This document shows positions 51,383 to 64,000 of a DNA stretch of 64,000 nt, piece after piece. How positions within the stretch are numbered: position 1 is the stretch's first letter; every line of letters starts with the position of its first letter. The notes beneath the pieces are model-generated. The model worked only from the letters and a program-made list of their open reading frames with translations, searched no databases and was not told the DNA's origin. The DNA is from Basidiobolus meristosporus CBS 931.73 (Eukaryota > Fungi > Basidiobolomycota): positions 62,001-126,000 of the forward strand of contig MCFE01000023.1 in NCBI GenBank assembly GCA_002104905.1, written 5' to 3'. Position numbers and translations under genes: made by a program.

Positions 51383-52351
51383 CTTATTGGCACTTGATTT
51401 TCTTAATTCTTTATCCAGGAGCCTTCCATATATGTAATTTTAGGTCAAATCATCAGCTCCAGACTCTAGGGCTGATACAAGGCCCTGAAACTTCTCTGTC
51501 AGGCTATTAAGGATGGTAACTATCACATCCTCATCAGTAGTTGGTATGCCCACAGATTTCATCTCATCTACTAGCAGGGTGATTCTGTTAAGTAGATTTT
51601 TCATTTTTTCTCCTGACTGCATCTTTGTAGTAAGGAATTTTTATCTCAGATATACTTTCTCAGCAGATGAACATGACTGGTAGGGGTCTTCTAATGCCTT
51701 CCAGGCATTCTTTGCCGTTTTTGCTCTTGAGCATTGAATTAGCAATTTGTCTTTGACATTAAGGCAAATGTAGTTAAAGACACTTTGTTCTTTCTTCTGG
51801 TACTTCAAGGCTTCCTCTCCCACATTTTTAGGAGGGCATTCTTCTCCCATGACAATATCCCAAAGGCCTCTTTCTTGCAGCAACATCTTCATCTTCACCT
51901 TCACATTTGGTAGTTAGATCCATCCAACTTTTCAGCAGAGGGAAAAATTCCAGTAACAGCAATATTAGACATTGCAAAGAGTGACAGCTTGGGTCTCATA
52001 ACTTGTTGTAAGAGACTTGGAAATATTGGAAGTGATTGGGAGAACAAGTTGATTATGTGGTTTTTACTTAATGATATACAAGTGTAAAAGTAGTATTTAT
52101 ACTTTTAAATTATCTTGGCATAGCAAAACACATAGAATAGGCTTAGGAAGGTCCCAAGAATACATGTGCAAAGTCTGGGGCTGTTTGGACAACTTTGCAA
52201 ATTTTCTTGCTTTGAATACCTGATATTTGGTGAAAATATTTTAAGTAAATCCCAACAAGGAATTTCATCAGAATTCTCTAGGATTTGAAGGTAATGATCT
52301 AAGTGACTAAGTTAAGTGAAAATTTAGGTATAATTACAAATTTTTACAACA

Positions 52352-53112
52352 TGGCACTCATGAACTAATGTGGTACACACAATGGAACAAGTTTATTGGC
52401 TAGGTACTAGAAAGTATTTTGCTGATACTTAGGAAGTATTGATGGCAAAAGTGGCAGTAACTAGGCAAATATTTGCAAGATGTGTATCTTATCAGCAATA
52501 CAAGGTATATTGCAACTTTGCAAGTATTCCACTGAAAAGCCTGCAAATTGAGGTGATAGATGTACGTCAATTGCAGCAGTTGCACTTGCAAGTAGATGTT
52601 AGTAAGCAGAAGGCCATAATTTTTCTTAACACAAACTATACATGAAATACCCATGGCAATAGTGGCTGAGTGAATAAAGTGGCATGATTCTACAGTGGAA
52701 TACATAAGTGGCACAAGGGGAGGTAGAGAAAAGAAACACCATTTGATAAATTGGTACAGTACCTTTATATAGCACTAGCTATAGGCCACATTGCCACCAT
52801 GATGATGCCAGCAGAGGTCCATACCAATGTGGTCAAAGCACTGTCAATCTCTGTACCATATAAGGCAACTACAGGTATTGGCCAGGTAGGTCTGCTCAAA
52901 TAAATGTAAGCTATAGAAACACTGTCAAACCATTTTCAAGCTTATTACTTTATTTGGCAGTAGATTCAGCAAAACACCATCCCAATCCTGCCATTCAATT
53001 GTTAAGAGGGTCAAGAATTCCAAGCTGCTGATATTAAAATGGCCTCATTGTAGAATCCTAACAGCTTATCCAGATCAGATCCACCCACATGACCAAACCA
53101 CTTTTCATTGGG
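52352..53112 (+). mobile_element. MITE-end remnant followed by CACTA-like transposase tail and terminus
   Basis: CAATGGAACAAGTTT near 52380; ORF 52439-52645 matches the tail; ends TTTTCATTGGG at 53112. Confidence 0.65.
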
Positions 53113-53660
53113 CTCAGTAAAGGAGCACTTTTGTAGAATTTGCAAAATCAATCAATCATAACACTTTCAACCACAGATGCAGAGTATATGGAAGCCTGTG
53201 AGGCTACAAAAGAAGCAATGTGGTTAAGAAAGCTTTTCAAAGACTTTAACTTATGTCAAAAAGCCCCTACCACATTATTTCAAGATAATCAAGGATGTAA
53301 ATAATTGGGTAAATATCCAACTTTTCATGCTAGAACTAAGCACAAAGATATTTGACATCATTCCATATGTAAAGCTATAGAGAATAACTTAGTCAACTTG
53401 GTTTACTGTCCTACAGATGAAATGATTGCAGACATATTTACCAGACCATTAGCTAGAGACAAGTTTGAATATCTCAGATCACAATAAGGACTAGAAATAT
53501 GAATATTTGGCTGAGTGGGAGTGTTATAAGCTTTGTGGTTACACCTAAATACTCACCTAACCTGGTCACTCAGATCATTACCTAGAAAATCTTGGAGAAT
53601 TCTGATCAAAATTCCTTGTCGGGATTTACTTGGAATATATTCACCAAAGTATCAGAGTTC
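53113..53660 (+). mobile_element. Copia-2 3' fragment (RNase H end, PPT, partial LTR)
   Basis: AEYMEACEATKEAMWLRKLF and MIADIFTRPL; PPT GAGTGGGAG 53513-21; LTR starts 53522. Confidence 0.85.
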
Positions 53661-53813
53661 TGAGTGAATTCCGCATGTTTATATTGCCAAGATACGTGGG
53701 ATACCACGAAATCGGGGGATCACCATGAATAAACGAGAAATCGGTGATTTCCGGAAGATCCCCTCAATATAGGTGGGATCTCAGGTGCAAGGTGGGTAGA
53801 GTTTTTGCTTCTC

Positions 53814-55199
53814 ATGATGCCATCAACCAACCACACGCGGGAAGACGCCATAACGCATTTGCAGCTCTGGCTTGAGGAGAGAAAGGCTTGGGTCAATGAG
53901 GCGGTTCGGATTGAGAGCACCATGGAGGAGGGGTTCGGCTTGTTTTGGACCGGTCCAGTGGCGGGGTCGAACGAGGTGTTGGCCAAGATACCCGAGGCCT
54001 GTCTGATAAACGTCAGCAACGTTCGAAAGTACGCACTTGAAGAGGAGGTCTTCTCCAAGCTCCTCAGCGCGTTGGAGGGGGTTTACGCGCGCGAGTTGAA
54101 CGAACGAGAGACCCTCATGACCTTCCTGATTTACGAGCAGTTCCTGCGTCGGTTCCAGGAGAGCTCGGGGGAAAAGGACTCCCCGTGGAAAGCCTACCTC
54201 GACATTCTCCCGAAGAAATCCACCACCCCAGTGTTTTACACCCCGCAGGCCCGAGGCTGGCTGGAGGGCACTGCAGTTGGAGAAGCTACCGAAGCGAAAA
54301 TCAAGCGGTTGGAGTTGGAGTACGAGAAATTCCTGTTGATTCTGGCCGAGGATACCCCACTCTCTTTTGAGGAGTTCGCCTGGGCGGACAACATGTATTG
54401 GTCTCGAGTGATCTCCTTTCAAAGCGCCTTACAGTCAGGCGACGCTGGCAGAGCAGAGCGCGACGAGGACTGCCACCTGGTCCCGTTCATTGATCTATGT
54501 AACCACTCGTTAACACCCGCCGCGCATTGGGAGATCACGGAGCATGGCATCGATCTTGTCCAAGTGGGTGAGCAGCTGGATACCGACTCCGAAATCCACA
54601 TCTCCTATGGTGAGAAGCCCAACAACGAGCTTCTCTACCTTCACGGGTTTATCATTCCAGAAAACCCGTGTGTACAGTATATGATTCCACTCCCCTTGAT
54701 TCCTGACGAGCTTGTGAGGAGCAAAGTGGGCTTCCTCAAAGCGCTCAACATCTCACCTCAACTGGTTCTCACCCCCAGCGATATGCTGGACGACTTCACC
54801 GAGGATACGTGGCAGCTGCTGTGTTTGTGCATGGTCAACGAAGAGGATGATTTCGGTGAGGATGAGGTGGGGAACTTCTGCTATCGAAACTCCCCGGTGA
54901 CCACTCTGAAGGAGGTCGCCGAGGCTGTAGCCACCCTACCGAATTTCAAGATCATACAGCTGAGAGCCATCACCGTCCTCTACGATATCCTCAATGCCTT
55001 GATATACACGCTCCGTGAAACGAAGCCATCGGCGGATGAGGAAATTCCCGGGGAATTACAGCTGATCTACGAATACGTACTGACGTATCGGGATGAAGAG
55101 GCCAGCTTTTTGGAAACCTTCTTGGAGATCCTGGGGGAGAGACAGCAGGAATTGATAGAGGACGAGCAGGTCCAAGTATACCTTGCGCTAAATCAATGA
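53814..55199 (+). CDS. SET-domain protein lysine methyltransferase (Rubisco-LSMT/SETD3/Efm1-like), apparently intronless
   Basis: WADNMYWSRVISF, LVPFIDLCNHS, EIHISYGEKPNNELLYLHGF; first ATG 53814 (the ORF track starts at a TTG). Confidence 0.88.
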   Translation: MMPSTNHTREDAITHLQLWLEERKAWVNEAVRIESTMEEGFGLFWTGPVAGSNEVLAKIPEACLINVSNVRKYALEEEVFSKLLSALEGVYARELNERETLMTFLIYEQFLRRFQESSGEKDSPWKAYLDILPKKSTTPVFYTPQARGWLEGTAVGEATEAKIKRLELEYEKFLLILAEDTPLSFEEFAWADNMYWSRVISFQSALQSGDAGRAERDEDCHLVPFIDLCNHSLTPAAHWEITEHGIDLVQVGEQLDTDSEIHISYGEKPNNELLYLHGFIIPENPCVQYMIPLPLIPDELVRSKVGFLKALNISPQLVLTPSDMLDDFTEDTWQLLCLCMVNEEDDFGEDEVGNFCYRNSPVTTLKEVAEAVATLPNFKIIQLRAITVLYDILNALIYTLRETKPSADEEIPGELQLIYEYVLTYRDEEASFLETFLEILGERQQELIEDEQVQVYLALNQ

Positions 55200-55426
55200 T
55201 GTACATTCTATTCAATCGGGGGCGTGTTTCGATTTTTTTGAGCGCGGTGCCCGTATGATGTTTATTAGTAAAGTGTAGAAACCACTCGTCTGAGTCTAGC
55301 ATGTTGATATAAAAATCTGGAGCACATAAAGAGAGCATTTGTAACGCGCCCCCACACAATGTACCACCTGTTGATGCAAATGGGCTTTCGACGGAACCCG
55401 ATGCACGGGTTTAATTCGGCCTGCTG

Positions 55427-56015
55427 CTATAGGTGCTCCTAGAACGCTGGGAGGCAAAAGGAGTCGATCAATCTCTCTGGGAAACCCCAAGTTGCTAGAC
55501 GTAACAAACCCACCTGCCACTTCGCCCAATATGGCTTCACCAGGGCGGCCAGCAAGAGGCCGCCGGTGATAATCAAGAAAACATAGATCACCACCTGGTC
55601 CTTGTACGAGTCTCGCTCTTCCAAACGCAAACGGGTTAGCCCTCAAGGGGTGCTGGGTAAAGGAGTGTGTCACTTGACAAACCACTTACGAAAGCAAATG
55701 GCCAGTAGGTCCGCCCCATTCCCTGCACCACTGCAGAAGTGAGAATCTCTGGTCAGACAGAATGCCTTGGTACAATCCAGACAGGTTTTGCTAGTACCCT
55801 CGTTAAGCTCCACGATGGTGACGTTGGTGCCGCATACGCATTTGCAGAAAGACACCGGGTTGGCTCCTTGAACTATCTATTGATCAACACAGTTAACCCT
55901 TATTTCCCACCTTTAATGAGCACTAGGGGAAATGTCGTTTATAACCCACTTGAATATTTGCCAAGGCGACAAGTAGTACCAGTAGCCAAGAAATGTAGGC
56001 GGTTCGTCGAGCCAT
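55427..56015 (-). CDS. Small secretory-pathway membrane protein (~122 aa): signal peptide, 8-Cys domain, one TM helix
   Basis: Exons 56015-55950, 55876-55690, 55617-55514, 55438-55427 with GT-AG introns give MARRTAYISWLLVLLVALANIQ-IVQGANPVSFCKCVCG...CFQRDSYKDQVVIYVFLIITGGLLLAALVKPYW. Last exon is the least certain. Confidence 0.75.
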
Positions 56016-56258
56016 TGGGAAGGTGATTGTGAAGGGAAAAGTATTTATGTGCACTTCCCCTTTCCATCGATATATACTAAAATTCACCATCCGATGTATG
56101 CAACATGTTTTATCAATGTCACTTGACTGCAACATGGTGGCGACCATATGAAATGAATGAAGGCATTGTAGATTATGTTTCGAAAGATTTTAATGTGTTT
56201 AATGATAATAAATTACATGTATATACCAAGTTTATTCAAAATAATGAAATGATATAAT

Positions 56259-57099
56259 CTACTTGCGAGCCTTAAGCTTACGAATGTAGAAGTCAAGTTC
56301 TTGTCCTTCCAAGATGTAGCCATCGCAACGTCCAGATTGACCAGGACGGGAGGAGATAATAGCATACAAACGACCAGTGTTGAATTGCTCTTCCAAGTGG
56401 TGGTCGATCTTGGCTTGTCCCTTGCGGGAAGCGATCTTGCGCTCAACATGGTTGGAACGCTTGACCTCCTCCTCGGGGGCGGCGGCAGCGTCAGCCTTGG
56501 ACTTCTTACGGCCCAAGGTTTGAGCATAATGGCTTTCGTACCATTGACGGAAAGGAGTGGCATCAACTTGAATAACAGCACCCTTGACTAAGGTGTTGGT
56601 ACGAACCAATTCGTTGTTGGAGGCGTTGTAGACAACGGAAACAATTCTGGTCTTCTTGGCAATGGACTCGGAACCCCAGGAGAAATTGCCAGAGTCGAGA
56701 CGAAGAGCACGGAATTTACGGTTTCCACCACGAACGCGGACTTCGTGGATACGCTTGGCTCCAAGCTTGGTATTGGCAGCTTGACGGCCCAACTCGAACT
56801 TTCTCTTCTTGCGGTAGTGGGCGCGCTTGGCACCGGTGTGGGACCTTTTGTGACGGGAGTCTCTGCTAATACCTAGTGGATGAAGTATGCAAAGGGACTA
56901 ATGAATATGGCATACTTTGGAGCAATAATTGCCGGCTCTGAGAAGCAGAAGATATAGGGAATTATATCTCTATGCCTCTAATATACATCATTATCACGCA
57001 TCGGGTATGAGGACCCAGGAAGATGATGAATGAATGTATACGAGCAAGTAGTCTGACGACTAGCTTAAATCGAATGGAGGGAAACTCGTACTAACCCAT
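56259..57099 (-). CDS. RPS8: 40S ribosomal protein S8 (eS8)
   Basis: Exon 1 ATGG 57099-57096, intron 57095-56873, exon 2 56872-56259: [11 protein letters not shown]...[15 protein letters not shown]...[17 protein letters not shown]. Confidence 0.98.
56903..57038 (-). ncRNA. Candidate intronic box H/ACA snoRNA in RPS8 intron
   Basis: By-eye fold: hairpin, ATATTA (ANANNA), hairpin closed by GGCATA/TATGCC, then ATA-NNN; 136 nt. Unverified. Confidence 0.3.
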
Positions 57100-57460
57100 G
57101 GTAGTTACTCCGGAATACGGAAATGAAGGAAAAGAGGTGGAACCACGATGCACATCCGTACCCATTTATATGTTGCTCACCACCAGTGAAAAATTTTCTT
57201 GCCCCGATCAGCGGCCATTGAGCCAATAGCATCAGGCCAGATATCTATGCTAAATGAAGGATTCCAATGCTTCTAATTCATGGCAGATCTTTATTTTATG
57301 GTGGCATCTATTGATGACAGGTGCTGTACAAAATCATTCAACAAAGGACATGCAGTTTCCCAGTAGCCATCACCAGACGAAATATACCTAGCATCCCCTA
57401 ATGGTCACCACTGGCGATTGCCATAGCGCACTTAAACGAGAAATAGGGTTCTACTTGATC

Positions 57461-59284
<1,824 letters not shown>

Positions 59285-59690
59285 TTTCTTTGCGTTTAAG
59301 ATAGCTAGAACGGCAAGTGGGTGAGCGATCCGGGCTGTCGTCTACTCCATTCTTTGACAAAGTACCTGAACTCGACATTTTCCTACAAGACTCGGGCTAT
59401 CTTCGACCAACTCCGGACTTTGGGTAATTAAAAGGAGACTAATCCGCGGGAAACCATCACGATCTGGGCATAACGCGGTTATAGTCAGGAAAAAAATTTA
59501 CAATCTTGATTAGCCTCACCAACAAACGAATCGTGCTCTATGCATACTGGCTTGATTTGATTGATCCTGCATTTATTGACTACCATGGGCAAGGAGAATA
59601 AATATTACAACGATATGATATATATAGGTGAATGTAATGAAATGACAGACAATGTAGAGAAAATGATGTTTTTACACAAAGACTCGTTGA

Positions 59691-62600
59691 TCATTTGATA
59701 GAAGATTCCGCTTGGATAGGGCTGAGTTCTAGATAGTCATCATCCCCGAAAGAGGATTTCCGGGAAGAGAGGGTGCTATTTGAGTAGGGATGCAGCGTTA
59801 ATCTGGCAACACTCTCACAGTCCTCTGGCGAGCTCAATTGTATGCCTTCCCCGTACTTTTCCATCTCCCGAACGATATCGATGTCCTCGTAGTACCATAC
59901 TTGCTTGATGAACAGCACTATGTATCTGGGGAAGATGGCAAGGAATATTGATAAGAAGTAGGCGGCCCAGAAACTTAGGGAGCCATAGATGTATGTCCCG
60001 GTGCCATTGGATTCGGCAGAGCCCAGCAGGGAATAAATAAACGCATACAGATGTACAGCCAAAATACTACCAACAACGGAGGCAAACATGATCCAGTTCC
60101 ATGTGTAGGAGTTGATTCCGACCGTCAATGTAGCAATGGATATAATGGCCACGGAGACACTGGTGGAGAAGTCGTAAAGATCCGAATCGGCTCCGTTGGT
60201 GTTTAGGTTATTACCAAATAGGAAATAGAAGGTGAAGAAGCAGGCTAAAGACTGGTATACTGCTTCACCGATATATAACCAGAAGCGGCGCATTCCGTAG
60301 CGACTCTGCTGTATGCCCAGCATGTAAAGACTAGGAAAGCGCTGTGCATTCTGGTAAGAGACAGCTTGGTCACAAGTGCCAAGTACCACCACGGGCATTA
60401 ATGTAAACACTAGGTTATACAACTGGACGTAGGTGAAATCGAAGAAGGTATTTGCAGAGAAGCCGCAGAAGAACTGGTACCAAAGGATAACCAGCACAAA
60501 GACCACGTTTTTGTAGAAGAAATTAAGAACCATCTCGGCAATACGCAAGTACGACCAGAACCCATGTACGAGTAAGAGGTTCTCCAAGTATTTGAACTGG
60601 GAGAAGTTGTAGTCAGCTGCCATGGCTGCTTGCAATCCCTCCTCTCCAGAAATTGCCACTCCAACGTCGGCTGCTTGAATCATGCTGACATCATTGGCGC
60701 CGTCGCCGATGGCCAAGCAGACAGCCTTTCTACCCTTCTTCACCATGTGGACAATCTGAGCTTTCTGCAGCGGACTAACACGGCAGCATATCACGGAGCG
60801 ACACAATGGAGCAATTTCCAAGAGTTGGGTTCTACATTCGGTGTCCTCCAGAATATACTTGAGCGCGCTTCCTTCGATGACCAATGCATGAACCTTATTG
60901 GAACGATTGATGTTGAGTGAGCGGCGCGGAGGTGGCAGGGAATCAAAGTACGAAGTGCGGCGTAGATGATGCTCTTTCTCCCCTCGAATGCTGGATACGA
61001 CATCGTAGAACTCCATTTTGGCGCTCTCCTTGTCATCTCCTTTGATTGTCCATAGCTCCATATCGTTTGTCAACAGATTGCAGGCAAATCCGATATTGAT
61101 GGCAGTTTGCATTCTGTCACCAGTCAACACCCATATCTTGATTCCGGCCTGACGCAATGCCAAAATGCACTCGGGGCCATTCTCTTGGAGCTTGTCCTCA
61201 ATTGCAGTGGCTCCTATTAACAGTAGCTCCGTCTCGATCTCCTCATAGACCTTCTCGATCTCAGCGTCACGGTTATCCAGGGATGTTGACGCCTCCTGAA
61301 GGTTTTTCACCCATTGCTGATAGAACTCTTCCGACAAGGGACGATACGCAAGACAGAGAGTACGCAAACCTGAAGCAATGGTAAACAAGTCAGGTTTGGC
61401 TTACATGTAGAAGAAGAGATTCCACTAACCATCAACTGAGAATTGGTCAATGTGTTGAGCAGTTGAATTGACCAGATCATCCTGACCATCAGCGAGCCGC
61501 TCCAAAATGATATTGTCGGCACCTTTGATCAGAAGAACTAGATCATTCCATGGCGCCGGACGGCGGACAATCACCGACATCCTCTTTCGAGTGCTGTTGA
61601 ATTCAAGGATTTGTAGTAGCTCGAACTCCATCTCGTCACCTAGAACATCGAGCGTCATTAGGTTCTTGGCTCTACCCAAAAACGAGAACCCTAGATCTCT
61701 AGCAGCCGATACCAAAGCGCTCTCATCAGGCGACTCGGCACGATATGCAAATGGAAGCTGGCCAGGTACTATCTCGTCAGGCTTCTCAATCACCACCGTG
61801 TGGCAAACAGCCAATAGGCTGAAGAAATCCCGAATTTTTTCCGCCTGTACCATCTCATCAGGGACGAGAACATTACTCTCCTTGAGCACCATTAAATCCT
61901 TGAAGATTTTGGAGTCAATGAACGAGAGCTTCTCAAAATCAACACAGGCGTATTTAGGCTCATAAAGGTTCTTCATCTCCTTAAGGTAACTCTGGAATAC
62001 TTTCTTACGAGTGAAATTGGAGGTTTTCCCTGTTTCTTGTCGGATTCCTTGACGTTCCCTTGCCCCCCGAGCAGCATCTGTTTCAGGAGCCTGGGGTATC
62101 TCCGTATACCCTGCCGTTGATCGAACATTTGCAAAACTCCATGATGTTCCTTGTCAGGGTACCAGTTTTATCAGAAAAGATGTACTCAATCTGACCCAAG
62201 TCATCAGACAAGTTCCACTAAGAACAGGCATGAGTCTATGCTCCCCAAACACCTTCCCACTTGAAAACACTGACCGATTTCGGAACACACGAGGCTTTAG
62301 TGGCTTCGTGATACATATTAAGATCGTTAAAAATAAAGAAGGCCTAGGAGCACAAAGAAAGGGTGAGCATCGATCTACAGAGAACAAAGAGTATTTTCAA
62401 ATACTCACCTGCCAAGTCTTCACAAACTCCACACTGACGTAAAGCGAAATTGGAATGATATTTTGGAAGATAATCAAACTCGACCTAATAGGATGAGTCA
62501 ATACCAAGACATGCAACTTCAGCTGCATAGAGGAACCTACCAGAAAGTTAGAAAAGCCAGTGTGAACGGCGAATCGGATGCCGAATCATTGATCGAGCTT

Positions 62601-63914
62601 TGGCCTTTGCCTTCCATGATGCCATTGGCAATGGCGCAAAGCAAGCACAAAACCAACAGAATGATAAAGTTCATAATGACCTAGAGCAATAAGATTCAGA
62701 AGCGAGGGTTAGAGGAATATTATTCGAGACTCCTTCAAACCATATCGTCTGGTTACCTGACGGTTCATGGCTTTCTCGATTTTACTTCTTTTTGAAGGAG
62801 TAAGTCCCGAGTTCAGTAAGATCTTGGTGTCGCTACCAGTAAACACGGCGACTCCAATTACATAGCTGGTGTTCCGGATTACATGGCCTCTCAGTAGGGT
62901 GTTACTAATATTGATTGGGACCGCGGAAGCCCGCTTCCTCGAGCCGCCCTGACTCTTATCGGACTCATCGTTGGAGTAAATGTGCATAGTAGCTTGATAT
63001 GCGTAGAGATTTGATGAGGGCATTTCTGAATCGATGTAGAATCTGGTATTGGCAAAGTCGGTTGGTGTTTTCAAATGCAAGGTCTCATCTATAGACAGCC
63101 TTGTCTTGAGGTTTGTTTCTCCGTCAAGCTCTTTCGTTTCGATAAAGCATTCGCCATCTGGCTCGCCAGAGGAAAGGATGACTAGATCAGCCGGACAAGT
63201 CTCATTGTTCTTTAAATAGACAATATCGCCCACCCGGATATCTTGCCACAATGCCTCTCGAAACTCGGTTGTGTCTGAATAAGACTCCTGGAATACCACA
63301 TCCTCGTTTCTGTTATTTTGCGTATCGTCGTCGATAAACCCAAACAACTTGTATTTGTATAGCGGGGCAGTGACTACATCCGATACGGAATACTGTATTC
63401 TCTGCCAAATCGTGGGTTGTTGGAGCGGGTGGTTAGTGTTTATCCAGTTCTGCAGGAGCTGTGTCTTGGAGCTATTGTAATTGAGGTCCGTCCTATGTCG
63501 CTTGTAATCTTCCACGCCATCCTTGATGGCGGTGATAGATATCACAGTTATCAACGGCATTATGGAAAAGATAGGGCTACTCACGCCTACGTAGGGCAAG
63601 AACTGCAGGATAGCCATAAATAGAAAGTACATGTTTGCTACGCGACGGAACTGCTCGAACAAATTCTTGGGTAAAAAATTAAATACGGTATATTTTGAGG
63701 TGCGAATGCGATTGCTTGGGAATTGCTTCTTGGGTAAACCATGTCTATTCAGCGCTCTAGGTGGTAGTTGGATATTTACATATATTTGGAGGGTTTCTCC
63801 ACTTCGGCGATGTCGAGAAGGGGAACGAAGTAAGGATTTCTCCACTCGCTTTCTCTTTGCCTTTTCACGTTGAGAGGGTAAAAACCTTCGACCACCGAAA
63901 TTTATCTTCCCCAT
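59691..63914 (-). CDS. P4-ATPase phospholipid flippase (Dnf1/Dnf2/Drs2 family), multi-exon
   Basis: [43 protein letters not shown] (~62155-62185), [36 protein letters not shown]. Confidence 0.96.
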
Positions 63915-64000
63915 CGCAAGCTTCACGACTATCTGAGCGCGGGGTTTGGGTGTAAATGAGTATCAAAAAGCCGGAATAGAGAAGAAAGGCAATCAAAGGC

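Larger units (their letters stand above)
44196..52351 (-). mobile_element. Ty1/copia family 2, full-length defective element with three nested insertions
   Basis: 3' LTR ~44196-44940 plus PPT; RH 44952-45242; RT 45361-46209; IN 46500-47120; PR/knuckle 47270-47709; gag 5' part 51383-51910; 5' LTR 52004-52351. No TSD found. Confidence 0.85.

Noticed and set aside
56996-57025. Partial complementarity of the snoRNA candidate to the 5.8S rRNA segment CGCAUCGAUGAAGA
   Set aside because: The geometry does not leave the required two unpaired target bases without a mismatch, so no target is claimed.

Overview
Eukaryotic, fungal-type genomic DNA; an early-diverging fungus is my inference from the short GT-AG introns and the protein sequences. 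The window has two sharply separated domains. (1) 1 to ~53,660 is a nested transposon block almost free of CpG. It holds two Ty1/copia families with tRNA-half-type primer sites and at least two Ty3/gypsy families. It also holds many fragments of a CACTA/CMC-like DNA transposon with CCCTA termini and an unknown second ORF, and one near-intact two-ORF PIF/Harbinger-superfamily element (31630-35072, ATT target duplications) with ~730-bp fold-back MITEs. A young pol-less LTR element carrying 2.6 kb of unidentified cargo sits at 47908-51227. (2) ~53,700-64,000 is gene-dense with normal CpG: a SET-domain methyltransferase, a small Cys-rich membrane protein, RPS8 (with a candidate intronic H/ACA snoRNA), an SRPK/Sky1 kinase and a P4-ATPase flippase. 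No CRISPR, rRNA or tRNA gene was seen. All alignments, counts and folds were done by eye. Boundaries without a stated TSD or terminal motif are approximate.
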